DNA of 64,000 nt from Octopus sinensis. Lineage: Eukaryota. Below the pieces are notes generated by a model. That model saw only the letters and a list, made by a program, of their open reading frames with translations. It did no database searches and was not told the origin of the DNA. The first letter of the stretch is position 1. Every line of letters begins with the position of its first letter. The position numbers were made by a program, and so were the translations under genes. The DNA lies in assembly GCF_006345805.1 (NCBI RefSeq), contig NC_042999.1, positions 11,098,001 through 11,162,000 of the forward strand, written 5' to 3'. Of the stretch, positions 38,598 through 50,240 are shown in pieces.

Positions 38598-38935
38598 GGT
38601 GCATGGCTCAGTGGTTAGAGCATCAAGCTCACAATCATGAGGTAGTGAGTTCGATATCCAGACAGGGCTGTGTGTTGTGTTCTTGAGCAAGACACTTTAT
38701 TTCACGTTGCTCCAGTTAACTCAGCTGTAGAAATGAGTTGCAATGTCACTGGTGCCAAGCTGTATTGTCCCCTTTGCCTTTCCCTTGGACAACATCGGTG
38801 GCATGGAGAGAGGAGGCTGGTATGCATGGGCGACTGCTGGTCTTCCATAAAACAACCTTGCCCTGACTTGTGCCTCTGAAGGGAACTTTCTAGGTGCAAT
38901 CCCATGGTCATTCATGACTGAAGGGGCTCTTTATC
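38598..38935 (+). mobile_element. Full-length tRNA-derived SINE, family C
   Basis: A box TGGCTCAGTGG, B box GTTCGATATCC, then cttgagcaagacactttatttcacgttgctccag. Confidence 0.85.
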
Positions 38936-39885
38936 TTTATCTTGCATGTATGTCTGCTTGCATGCATGTAAATGTTGGCACCACGAAAAGGGGCATCCTG
39001 TATGCTCTGTAAAGTGGTTGACATTATAAAGGACATTCAGCCATGGGAACCATGCTTAAACTGAGACACCGGAGCAAGACATGGTCCTCTGCTGCACTGG
39101 AACCTGTTGAATCATCCAATACAGTCCAGTATAGAAAGTGAATATGAAATGATGATGATGATGATGGTGATACACCCCCTCTCTGTTACCCTAAATTACT
39201 CTCCCCTTTTCCTCTCCTACGTATCCTTTGCACCCAGTGCAATTCTGTCCCCTTTGTTATTCTCTCTATTACTGTCTCCTTGTAATAAATCTGATCCTTT
39301 TCATCAAGGGTGTGGAGGTGGGGGCTCTTAACCAAAATAGTGTAAGGTTTTGGTAACTGATTCAAACAGTGGCATCAGAGGGCTTGAGAAAGCTCTTTGG
39401 TTCTGACGATGGCAAGGCAACCTCCATAGTGATGGTGCAATAGAAAATGCATCCAGTACATTGTATAAAGGGATCAGTGTTGGGAAGGGCATCCGTTTGC
39501 GGAAAGCATGCCAATTATGTGAGACTGGAGCAAAGAAGGAGTCCTCCAAACTGTTGGATCCTGTCAAACCATTCTGCTTATGCCAATATGGAAAATGGAC
39601 ATAAAACGATGATGACGATGACAAAGTTTTTGTATATATGTGTCTGTGTGTGAATCTATGAATACACACACACACACACACACATACGTGTGTGTGTGTG
39701 TGTGTATTCATAGATTAAAGGAAAAATCTATATGCTTCAGTTTATTCTTTTTCTTGCCTGTCATTTATGAGCATTAATACTAATACTCATAACCACATAC
39801 AGGTAATATACCAGTAATTCATTGGATACAACTATCCCTTAGATGGTGTTTATTACCTCTAATTGAACTCACCTTATACATATAT

Positions 39886-41198
39886 ATATATTATTTATTT
39901 ATAGGTCACAATATATGTATTAAAGCACTTACTAATAGTTTCATATGTTGAGAAATCTCAAACATTCTTCAGGCACAAACCACATCTCATAATGAACTGA
40001 AGAATTTGAATAATAGAAGAAATGCAAAAAATCTAAGAAGGCAGCACATAGAAAACACAGACAGCAAACAAGGGAAAAAGAAAAACAAAAGCTAAAATGT
40101 AAAAAATAAAAAGCAAAAGATAAAAGAGTTATCCTCCATAGACGTTAAATGATAAGGCTGGAAAGATATCAAGTCCGTCAGGAACAGATGGAATTTTCCA
40201 GTTCTTCAAAATATATTTATACATATGCATGCAACTCGTGAAAATTTCTGACCTGGAGTTCAATAGAGGGATCTTAGATCTGAACAGGATCTGCGCTCTT
40301 TCAGCCAAACAAAGTCTACATTTATTCGATCCATTCCCATAAGGTATGGTTTTCTCAATTACTTTCCATTTAATCACTTGCAGTGTTTCGTTATCTTTCA
40401 AAGTCCATACGTACGATAGCTAACTTCGTAGCTTTACTTTTGTCCCGAGGTCGGAAGGAGGCTGTGTGATTGGCATAGCGATTTGTAAATTCTCCTTCAC
40501 ATAATCCAATATAGGTCTTCTTATCAGTTGTATTATTATTTAGGATTGCAGTAACTTCTGCCTCGTATATGATAGATTTAGTCATACAGCGTTGGTTAAG
40601 TGGACAGGACCCTGGGTCACGACAGTTGCAGCTGGAGTCAGTTTCTTGGTGTTGACCACGTGTAATGATACTCTTCTTTTTGGAGCAGCAGCTATACGAT
40701 AATTTCACGGAAAGCCTTTTGAATATTTTCCTGTATCTGTGAGTTGCTGGGAAGCGTTTGTCTAGGAATGATAGGAATATTTTGCCAATGTTAGTTTTTA
40801 TATTAAGAGAAAAGGGAGGGGCGAACCAAATAACGTTCCTTGGCTCATTTTTAGGTTTCTTATTATTATTCTGATTAATACTAGAGTGGATAAGTACTGC
40901 TTTATCTTTGAAGCCACTATTAGCTAGGGTCTTATTATAATAGGAGGCAGCTTTCTCGAAAATTTCTTTGGAAGAAGACAGGTTAGACACTCTGTTACTA
41001 TTATTAGCTATCAGATTTTCAAATACTCCAGGAGGGTGCATTTTCTATGCATGTTCACGTTTCTTCTATTATTCAATTTCTTTAGTTCGTTATGATATGA
41101 GGTTTGCACCTGAAGAATATGCTTGAGTTCTCTCAACATATCAAACTATTAGTAACACTTTAATACATGTATTGTGACCTTTAAATAAATAATATTTA
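39886..41198 (-). mobile_element. Penelope-like element: RT thumb and GIY-YIG endonuclease remnant with 3' pLTR and inverted 5' pLTR
   Basis: HPPGVFENL...RNVIWFAPPFSLNIKTNIGKIFL...KLSYSC...CNCRDPGSCPLNQRC...IIYEAEV...KTYIG...RYANHTASF (40391-41041); +1 frameshift near 40410; WKVIEK...CRLCLAE...SRSEIFTSCMH (40129-40401). 39886-40055 and 41041-41198 are inverted homologues. Confidence 0.9.
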
Positions 41199-41214
41199 TA
41201 TTATTTATAATATA

Positions 41215-41418
41215 GGCGCAGGAGTGGCTGTGTGGCAAGTAGCTTGCTTACCAACCACATGGTTCCGGGTTCAGTCCCACTGCATGGCAACTTGGGGAAG
41301 GTATCTTCTACTATAACCTCGGGCTGACCAAAGCCTTGTAAGTGGATTTGGTAGACGGAAGCTGAAAGAACCCTGCTGTATATATTTATATATACGGCAG
41401 GCTTCTTTCATATATATA

Positions 41419-41489
<71 letters not shown>

Positions 41490-41668
41490 ATATATATATA
41501 TATATATATATCCGTAATAATGAAGGGTGAAATTAATTAATTTGGAATAATTATCAATTACACCAAGTAGTCTTCAGCATGTAAAAGCCTCATTCGAGGA
41601 AAATTTAAGTAATACTAAGCAATAAACCCTTTATTGCTTAGTATATATATATATATATATAATATATA

Positions 41669-41736
<68 letters not shown>

Positions 41737-41950
41737 GTATGTGTGTGTATGTTTGTCCCCCCAACATCACTTGACAACCGATGCTAGTGTGTTTACGTCC
41801 CCGTAACTTAGCATAACTTCGGTAAAAGAGACCGATAGAATAAGTACTAGGATTACAAAGAATAAGTCCTGGGGTCGATTTGCTCGACTAAAGGCGGTGC
41901 TCCAGCATGGCCGCAGTCAAATGACTGAAACAAGTAAAAGAGTAAAAGAG
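41215..41950 (+). mobile_element. SINE family A split by an expanded internal (TA)n that holds a 130-bp insert
   Basis: Head ggcgcaggagtggctgtgtggcaagtagcttgc at 41215; 3' half resumes at ~41745; tail ggcggtgctccagcatggccgcagtcaaatgactgaaacaagtaaaagag. Confidence 0.85.
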
Positions 41951-41999
41951 TAATATATATACATGTATGCATATTAGATCAAATGTTATATCATTTTAA

Positions 42000-42144
42000 T
42001 CCAAATGAAAATAACAATTGCATGTTGACACTGACAGGGTTTAATACTATTTCTTTGTAAAATTTGATTTGATTTGGTGGAGGCGTTTGAGAATGCATAG
42101 GGAATAGACAGACAGACAGACACAAAGAATTTTATATAGTGAGA

Positions 42145-42148
<4 letters not shown>
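42000..42148 (-). mobile_element. Possible non-autonomous Helitron-like 5' end
   Basis: Minus strand reads a|tctctcactatataaaattctttgtgtctgtctgtctgtc, i.e. a TC start, tatataaaa and (GTCT)n. Resemblance only. Confidence 0.35.
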
Positions 42149-42183
<35 letters not shown>

Positions 42184-42201
42184 GTGTGTGTGTGTATATA
42201 T

Positions 42202-42235
<34 letters not shown>

Positions 42236-43529
42236 AATGTGTGCGTGTGTATGTATGTATAAAACATATAAATTGTATTTTTATATCTCATTAGGCATAT
42301 AGAAGCATCTCTACAGGACAAGCTTCATCAAGTTGTTATTGTTGTTGTTATTGTTTCCAGATTGCTGTTTTGCTCCTAATACCAGAATCTTTGTTCCTCT
42401 GTTTTTCCACACACTACAAAGAAACTTCCACCAATGCATCTGGCACTCACTCGCTCGTAGAACAAGCAGATCTAATTGCATTGCTTTAGGACACTTTATA
42501 ATCCCTGCTAATGCCTCATACAACCTCATAACTCATAATCTAGACGCAATTCTAGCCCCCCCCCCCATATATTTTTTTTAAAATATTTTCCAATACAACA
42601 TACAATCCGCCAACATTTTCTTATTCTTTCACATTAATTTGTTTTTATTTTACATAGTTTATTTACACATAAAATACCAAAAATGGTACTTTTAATTCAA
42701 TAAACAATGAGTAGATTTATTTTTTTAATAAAAACAAAGACCACATGGTTCTGGGTTCAGTCCCACTGTGTGGCACCTTGGGCAAGTGTCTTCTACTATA
42801 ACCTCAGGCTGACCAAAGTCTTGTGAGTGGATTTGGTAGATGGAAACTGAAAGAAGCCCATCATATAAGTGTGTGTATATATATATATATAATAGAAATA
42901 TGTTTCAAAAAGCAAATAGAAACTACACATAGAAAAGATATGAGGAAAGTAAGAAGAAAAAAAGCGAAAATGCACATTAAATATAAAAAAATAAAGGCTT
43001 TTTTATGAAAAGTAACAATAAATAAATACAATTAAATGAACTGAAGTAGAATTAAGAGGAATAAAAGTCATCATTTTGAATTGTTAATGAGATTCAAGTC
43101 AGACTGGTATCATCAAATGCTGTTCACTGGCTGTTCACATGTATATTTATATATATATATGTGTGTGTGTGTGTGTGCGCGTGTGTGTGTGTGTGTGTGT
43201 GTGCGTGCGTGTGTGTGTGTGTGTGTGTGTGCGTGTGTGTGTGTGTGTATACATGTATATGTTTGTGTGACTGTGTTTGTTCCTCCACCATTACTTGACA
43301 ACTGATGTAGGTATGTTTACATTCTCTAACTTAGCAGTTCGGCAAAAGAGACTGATAGAATAAGTATTAAGCTTACAAAGAATAAGACCTGGGGTTGATT
43401 TGTTCGACTAAAGGTAGTGCTCCAGCATGACCACAGTCAAATGACTGAAACGAGGAAAAGAATGAAAGACTGTTACCCATCATCATCTGATGGGTAACTT
43501 TGGAAGGATACTTTTCCTGCCATGGGTAA

Positions 43530-43920
43530 TACTTGCTTCAAATTTTGGCACAAGGCCAGCAATTTTGGGGGAGGAGGGAAGTTGATTACATTGACCCCAG
43601 TACTTAACTGGTACTTATTTTGTCAACCCTTAAAGGATGAAAGGCAAAGTCAGTCTTGGTGAACTTTGAACTCAGAAAGTAAAGGCAGATGGTGCAGCCA
43701 TGCTAACGGTTCTTCCCTTTTTTATGCTTTATTGGTTTCCAGTTGTGGCACAAGGCCCGTAATTTCGTGGGCAGAGGGTCAGTCGATTAAGTTAACCCCA
43801 ATGATCAACAGGTATTTGTTTCATTAAGGGTAAGTTTGCTTTTGGTGGAATTTGAACTCTGAACATAAAGACGAACGGAATGCCACTCAGCATTTTGCCC
43901 ATATTGTGCTGATGGTTGTG
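43530..43920 (-). mobile_element. Two diverged SINE family B copies
   Basis: ttggcacaaggccagcaatttt...ctggtacttattttgtcaacccttaaaggatgaaaggcaaagtc...tttgaactcagaa occurs twice (43530-43720 and 43740-43920). Confidence 0.65.
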
Positions 43921-43999
43921 CCAGCCCATTGCCTTCCCCATCCATGGCTAACACTAAGAAATATGGTTGGTACACAATTATTAGAGTTTAACTTTCATG

Positions 44000-44500
44000 A
44001 AGGGTGCAAAGAGCACCATACAAGTGTGATCATTGACAGAGCAGCTAACCAGCTTCCGTGCCAGTGGCACATAAAAGGCACCATTCGAGCGTGATTGCTA
44101 CCAGTGTCACCTTACTGGCACTCGAGCCCCATGCTAGTAGGGTATTAAGAGCTCCATCCGAGCATGATCGTTGCCAGAGTGGCTATCTGACCTCCGTAAA
44201 GGATACCATTCAAGTGTGATCGTTACCAGCATCACCTTACTGGCACATGTGCCGGTGGCATGGGCAAAAGATTCGAGCGAGGTCATTGCCATTGCCACCT
44301 GACTGGCCCTGTGCCGGTGGCACATAAAAGCACCCACTACACTCTCAGAGTGGTTGGCGTTAGGAAGGGCATCCAGCTGAGGAAACTCTGCCAGATCAAG
44401 ATTGAAGCCTGGTGCTGCCATCTGGTTCACCAGCCCTCAGTCAAATCGTCCAACCCATGCTAGCATGGCAAGTGGGTGTTAAGCGATGATGATGATGAAA
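44000..44500 (+). mobile_element. RTE-LINE 3' UTR, long-array subfamily
   Basis: Collinear with 15215-15750, ending gttaagcgatgatgatgatg. Confidence 0.8.
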
Positions 44501-44529
44501 TTACCCAGGGTGCTTATGTAAAAGGGTGA

Positions 44530-44910
44530 AATCTTTTATCTTTTACTTGTTTCAGTCATTTCACTGTGGCCATGCTGGGGCACCACCTTGAAGAATTTTT
44601 ATCAAACAGATCAACCCCAGTGCTAGTTTTTCTAAACCTGGTTCTTATTTTGTTGGTCTCCATTGCCAAACTGCTCAGTCATAGGGATGTAAACATACCA
44701 ATACTGGTTGTCAAGCAGTAGGGGTGGGGGACAAACATGGACACACAGACACACAACTGGCTTCTTTTAATTTTCCATTCACCAAATCCATTCACAAGGC
44801 TTTGCTTAGCCCAAGGCCACAGTAGAAGATACTTGCCTAAGGTGCCATGCAGTAGAATTGAACCTGGAACCATGTGGCTGGGAAACAAACTTCTTACCAC
44901 ACAGCCACAC
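44530..44910 (-). mobile_element. Full-length SINE family A
   Basis: Tail ttttacttgtttcagtcatttcactgtggccatgctggggcaccacc through head cttcttaccacacagccacac, reverse orientation. Confidence 0.8.
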
Positions 44911-45344
44911 TTAAATGGATGCTAATTTTCTAAAGAAAATAACTTATTACCTTAAAATAGTAAAAAAAAATTTAATAAAAAAGCTAATTTCTCCTATAAC
45001 TACTCTGTCATTTACTCTCCCTCCTCTATGTCAATGACTGTCTCTCTCACTCTGAGTGTGTGGGTGCATAGCATTCTTTTACTCATTGCATGCCATCAAG
45101 CCTAGTATATGCACTCATCTTGCACCTCTCATGTTAAGTCTCTCTGTATCTCTCCTTTACTCTCTCTCATCCTCTCTCAATATCATCGAAAGCACAACTG
45201 GTGAAATCCACCAGCCAAGCAACCAACACTATTCATGTCAGCTTTTATTATAAATAGAGAGAGATTTCTTTTTACTTTTAGTTCTTATTTATTTTTAGTT
45301 ACATTTTAAAAACAAATAGAAAATACTAACAACATAAACAACTT

Positions 45345-45762
45345 CCAGGAATGGCTGTAGGGTAAGACGCTTGCTTCCCAACCACATGGCTCCAGGTTCA
45401 GTCCCACTGCATGGCACCTTAGGCATGTGTCTTCTACTATAGCCTCGGGCCGACCAAGACCTTGTGAGTGGGTTTGGTAGATGGAAACTGAAAGAAGCCC
45501 ATCGTATGTATGTGTGTATGTGTATGTGCCTTTGTGTCTGTGTTTGCCCCCACCACCACCACCACCGCCATTTGAGAACTGGTGTTGATGTGTTTACACC
45601 CCTGTGACTTAGCAGTTCAGCAAAAGAGACCGATAGAACAAGTACCAAGCTTGAAAGAAGAAGTAAAAAGTGCTGGAGGCAATTCATTTGACTAAGACTT
45701 CTCCTTGGCACTGCCCCAGCATGGCCACACTCTAATGACTGAAACAGGTAAGAGACGAAAAA
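45345..45762 (+). mobile_element. Full-length SINE family A
   Basis: ggttcagtcccactgcatggcaccttaggcatgtgtcttctactatagcctcgggccgacc ... ccccagcatggccacactctaatgactgaaacagg. Confidence 0.82.
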
Positions 45763-47614
45763 GGTAAACGAATCCATAGAAGATAATTTGGTTGGGTTTC
45801 GTTGGAAACATTCAAAGAATGGCAGCCAGAAAGGAAGAGGAAAACGGAGGCTGAAGATGGAAATACTTTTACAATAAAATCTATGAAAGACAAACAAATA
45901 TGGACAAACAAAACTACAAAAAAGAAAAGACATGATAAAACCAATCAAATCCATCAGGTTCTTTTTTTTTTTTTTCCATTAGTTTCTTCTTCTCAATTCT
46001 TCCCGAATGCAACTTACCAAAAATCGGTGACCGTTTCGAGTTTTTTCTTTTATTTTGGAAATGTGTTTTAAAAGCAAAAATGTCAGATGAATGGTAGGAA
46101 ATTAACAGGACTGTTTTAATTGAGAATATTTCATTAGCGTTTGTAATCACTGTTTTGAGCATTCTATCATTAACGAATATTTCAAATGTTGGTTTCTTTC
46201 ATTAAGTTGTTGTCATCATCATCATCATCATCATCAATGTCACCACACCACCACCACCAACAACAACAACAACACCACCACCACCACCACTACCACCACC
46301 ACCACCACCACCATCATCATCATCACCATTGTTGTCGTCATCATCATCATCATCATCAATGTCACCACACCACTGCTGCCACCACCACCACCACCACCAT
46401 CATCATGATCATCATCGTTATCACCATTGTCGTCATCATCATCATCATCATCACCATTGTCGTCGTCATCCTCATCATCCTCATCATCATCATCATCATC
46501 ATCACCATTGTGATCATCATTATTCCTCATTGTTATCATTACAATCCACAACATCATTAATAGACGTAGGCCATCTGTAATCTGTAATCTTTGTGATAGA
46601 GATTTTAACGAGTCCCTCGTCTGCAGACCAACGGAGCTGCTGCTACATACATACAGTAAACAGATCAAACATTCAATTAGTGTTTCTGTTGTTTAATTAC
46701 ATTGAGCTCGTTTCACAATTTCACAAAGACTGTCTCTCCCGCATTGTAGGATTTCACCACTCACTTCAACTACCAAAGCATAAAGGTGTTTTGCTGGGTT
46801 AGGCGCCAACAAACCAGCCAGAAAGTGCACGGACTCACAAGCAGCCAGCAGAAAATAATTTGCATATGCTGTTCACTAATGGAAGACATTGGGAGATTGT
46901 TGTGCAAAAAGTTGTTATATATTTCTATATTAAAATGAGTCATAATTCACTGAGTCACTTTGGTTTCAAGCTAAACACCCAAAGCAGGAATAGCAGGAAT
47001 GGTTTGTGTTCTTCTATCAATGGTGTGGAATCAATATTCTATCTGCATACACTAAAAATGCAAAAAGAAAAAAAAAGAAACCCTAATGAAGCTTTAGACA
47101 ATGTATTCCCACCCCACTTCTCTAGAAACCCATATAACAAAAATGTAGAACAATCTATTCATGGAGCATAACCCTTGGATCATTGGGTCATCATCAAAGA
47201 CTTCATCTTCAGACTGTGTATAACACAAAAGTCAGTCAAGCAGAACCCATTTTTGTCACGGTTATTGAATATGGAAAGAAATTCCAGATATGAAAGACTA
47301 AGTGAAATGGACTGGTTCAACCAAGAAATTAACTTTACCATTTCTGTGTAGCTTTAGCTTATCACAATTCCAGAGTTGTTTTATCTTCTTGTTTATGGAG
47401 AAAAGAGAAAGAGGATGGATATCTTTTCAATGTTGGCATTCTTTGCTTGGAAATGATTATGGCTGTCACCAGTTTAAGTCGAGGAATTTATGCCAGTAAA
47501 TCTCATTCAACATTATTAGAAGCATCATTTAAAATGGCAGTGGAACCAGCACAATGGAACTATTTGAGTTAATCCATTATTCAGGCCATCATCAACTGCA
47601 GTTGTTAAATACAT

Positions 47615-47790
47615 GAGGTGCAGGAGTGGCTGTGTGGTTAAGAAGCTTGTTTCTCAACCATGCGGTTTTAAGTTCAATCCCACTGCATGGCACTGTGGGG
47701 AAAGTGTTTTCTTCTATAGCCCAAGGCTGACCAAAGCCTTGTGAGTGGATTTGGTAGAGGGAAACTGAAAGAAGCTTAGGTGTGTGTGCG
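47615..47790 (+). mobile_element. SINE family A, 5' half (a family A tail also lies at ~48195-48275)
   Basis: ggtgcaggagtggctgtgtggttaagaagcttg...gttcaatcccactgcatggcac. Confidence 0.75.
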
Positions 47791-48689
47791 TGTGCATGTG
47801 TGTGTATATGCATATATACTATGTATGTATGAATGTGTGTGCATGTATGTTATATATGCATGAATGTGTGTGTGTGCATGCACATGTGCGTGCATGTGTG
47901 TATGTGTTCATCTTGATATCACATGGGGGTTACAAAGGGGCACTATCGTTTTACAACCCATGTTGTTCATTTCGAGTCTTCCATGAAAAACATGTCTGAT
48001 CATGGGGAAACATTAACTTGCTTGGAAACAGGAGCAGGGGTTGGTGACTGGAAGGGCATCGTCTGGTCCTTGAAGATCTGCCTTAACAAATTCTCTCTGA
48101 TCCCACGCAAACATGGAAAAGTGGACAATGATAACAATGACAACAAATGCAACGATGATGATGATGATGATGATGTTGGTGCCTTGTGTGAATGGGAAAA
48201 ATTTAGTTGTGCTCCAGCATGGCCACAGTCAAATGACTGAAACAAGTAAAAGAAAAGTAAAAGAGAATAAAGGTGAAATTTAAATGTGATCCATCTCAAC
48301 TTCTGAACAGAAGAGTCATTCCGCCAATCACATCACATCACATCCATCCATCCATCCATACATACCTACCTAATTTTAATTAACTTTTAATTAATAAAAC
48401 TGTGATGTTAGAGGTGCAGCAGTAGAAGAGGTACTTGGTCAAAGACTGGCAAGATTACAAGAAATCATCTCATTCTGTTCCCTTTTTCTTGGATACTTGA
48501 GTTCCTTTGAGTAACTCAAGTCCCATGTACCTTAATCATCTCAACGACAACCTGACTTCATCATGGACCACCAAATACACGAACAACTGACTCTATTATC
48601 ATTGATAAATTACACTTTTGCTGGAGAATACATCAAGATGATAGTGTTTCTGTGATGATGTTTATATTTTCAGTAAATCTTTTGTCTTT

Positions 48690-48935
48690 TCTGCCAGTGG
48701 CACGTAAAAAACACCATCCAATCGTGGCCGTTTGCCAGCCTCGTCTGGCACCTGTGCCGGTGGCACGTAAAAAGCACCCACTACACTCATGGAGTGGTTG
48801 GCGTTAGGAAGGGCATCCAGCCGTAGAAACATTGCCAGATCAGACTGGGCCTGGTGCAGCCTTCCGGCTTCCCAGACCCCAGTTGCACCGTCCAACCCAT
48901 GCCAGCATTGAAAGCAGACACTAAACGATGATGAT
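48690..48935 (+). mobile_element. RTE-LINE 3' UTR with (GAT)n tail
   Basis: Two gtggcacgtaaaaa units, ggcgttaggaagggcatccagccgtagaaac, and ccaacccatgccagcattgaaagcagacactaaacgatgatgatg. Confidence 0.82.
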
Positions 48936-49639
48936 GTAAAAGAAATCTGAACGGTAAGTGACCATCCCTCAGGAAGTAGATCAGCCAAATGTATTGCCTC
49001 TTTACGGAGTATCTGGAACTATACACAAAGAAAATGAATAGTTTGAAGAGAATCCTTCTGCTGCTCATAACATTTTCATCTTCTCTTTGGTCATTAGAAA
49101 ACATTTGATTCTTTTGACTCCAATCCTTCTGAAATCATTCCTGGTCCTATAATACAGACTTCCTGTCTTAAAGGAATCTTAATTAAACCACTCCATCAAG
49201 ATTTCCTGTTAATTTATGTTCCAAACACAAGCTTAGAAACAGCAAAGATATTTTGGCATATTCTTTATTATTTTCAAGACTGATACAAAACAATGGATTT
49301 CAACGTAAATAGAGTAAACAAAGCATTAAAGCTTTGTAGACAAGGCATACAAAGGACAATGAATAGGGAATAGCAAAATGTTTCACTCAGTTGTAATTCC
49401 CTCCTTTTCTCAGAAATCATCAAAAAATATTTCTATTTTCTTCAGTAATTTCAATTTCAAAAGCTACAAAACAATTGTGTTTAGGTTTTTAACTTGATTT
49501 TTCTTTCTAAAAAAAATGTCTTTTGCATGAAACATTTTAAATTGGTTGACTATAACACATACATATACATACATACATACATACATACACACACACATAT
49601 ATATGTGTGTGTGTGTTTGCGTGTGTGAGAGTGTGCATG

Positions 49640-49683
<44 letters not shown>

Positions 49684-50240
49684 AATAGACACACTTTGAA
49701 CAGCCTTAGATTAAAATACCAATGTGTACAATATTGGTAATGTGCAACAGCGCTAGCTGTAATGTATATATTTCAAATATCTTGTTCTGATCTCCCAAAT
49801 TATCAACACTTTGGCTCCTTCTTTGATTAACTTCGTCTGCTTGATGCTGAGAAACTTTTTAAATTCACTTAGCAACAAGTCACAGGAAATGTTGTACTCA
49901 AAAGTTATTAACCTGTTAACAGTTATTAAGAAATCTTTCGCAATTGCAGTCTGCAGAAAAAAAGAAACAAAAAAACTCATTCTTTTCACCAAAGCAATCA
50001 ATGACGGAATAACATACGTGGTACAGTAGAACCAGCAAAATAACGATTCCTGGTTAAACGGATTTCACTAAAGAAACGCATCAATATCACACAAACTCAT
50101 TTCTCATTCTCAATCAGTTCAAATTTTGGTTCCATTTGAGTGCTTTTGAGGGGTTCTCAGACCAATAGGTTGAATATGTAGCTCAGTTTTTGATTATTAA
50201 TCGATATGATATAAATAGCCATAAAAACAGATCACAGATA

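Noticed and set aside
38598-38670. tRNA gene
   Set aside because: A and B boxes are present but there is no cloverleaf with acceptor stem, and it continues into a SINE body repeated elsewhere in the window.
40129-40640. Selenoprotein coding in the Penelope-like endonuclease, as reported for some Naiad elements
   Set aside because: The conserved Cys codons I checked (CNCR, CPL, RC, CRLC, CMH) are all TGT/TGC, not TGA.
41555-41600. Third hammerhead (minus-strand CTGAAGA / cgaatgaggc...gctgaag)
   Set aside because: No GAAA at a position compatible with stem II, and no stem I or III can be drawn without several core mutations.
45995-46110. Strong minus-strand donor (G|GTAAGT) with a short open frame upstream
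   Set aside because: Isolated signal with no recognisable product or partner exon.
48495-48521. 9-bp hairpin ACTTGAGTT/AACTCAAGT
   Set aside because: A few stems of this length are expected by chance in 64 kb of AT-rich DNA, and there is no supporting context.
49900-49985. Strong minus-strand acceptor (long T tract + CAG) followed by a 38-nt candidate exon
   Set aside because: No homology recognised and the frame is ambiguous (TAIAKDFLITVNR or CNCERFLNNC*). Cannot be supported without transcripts.
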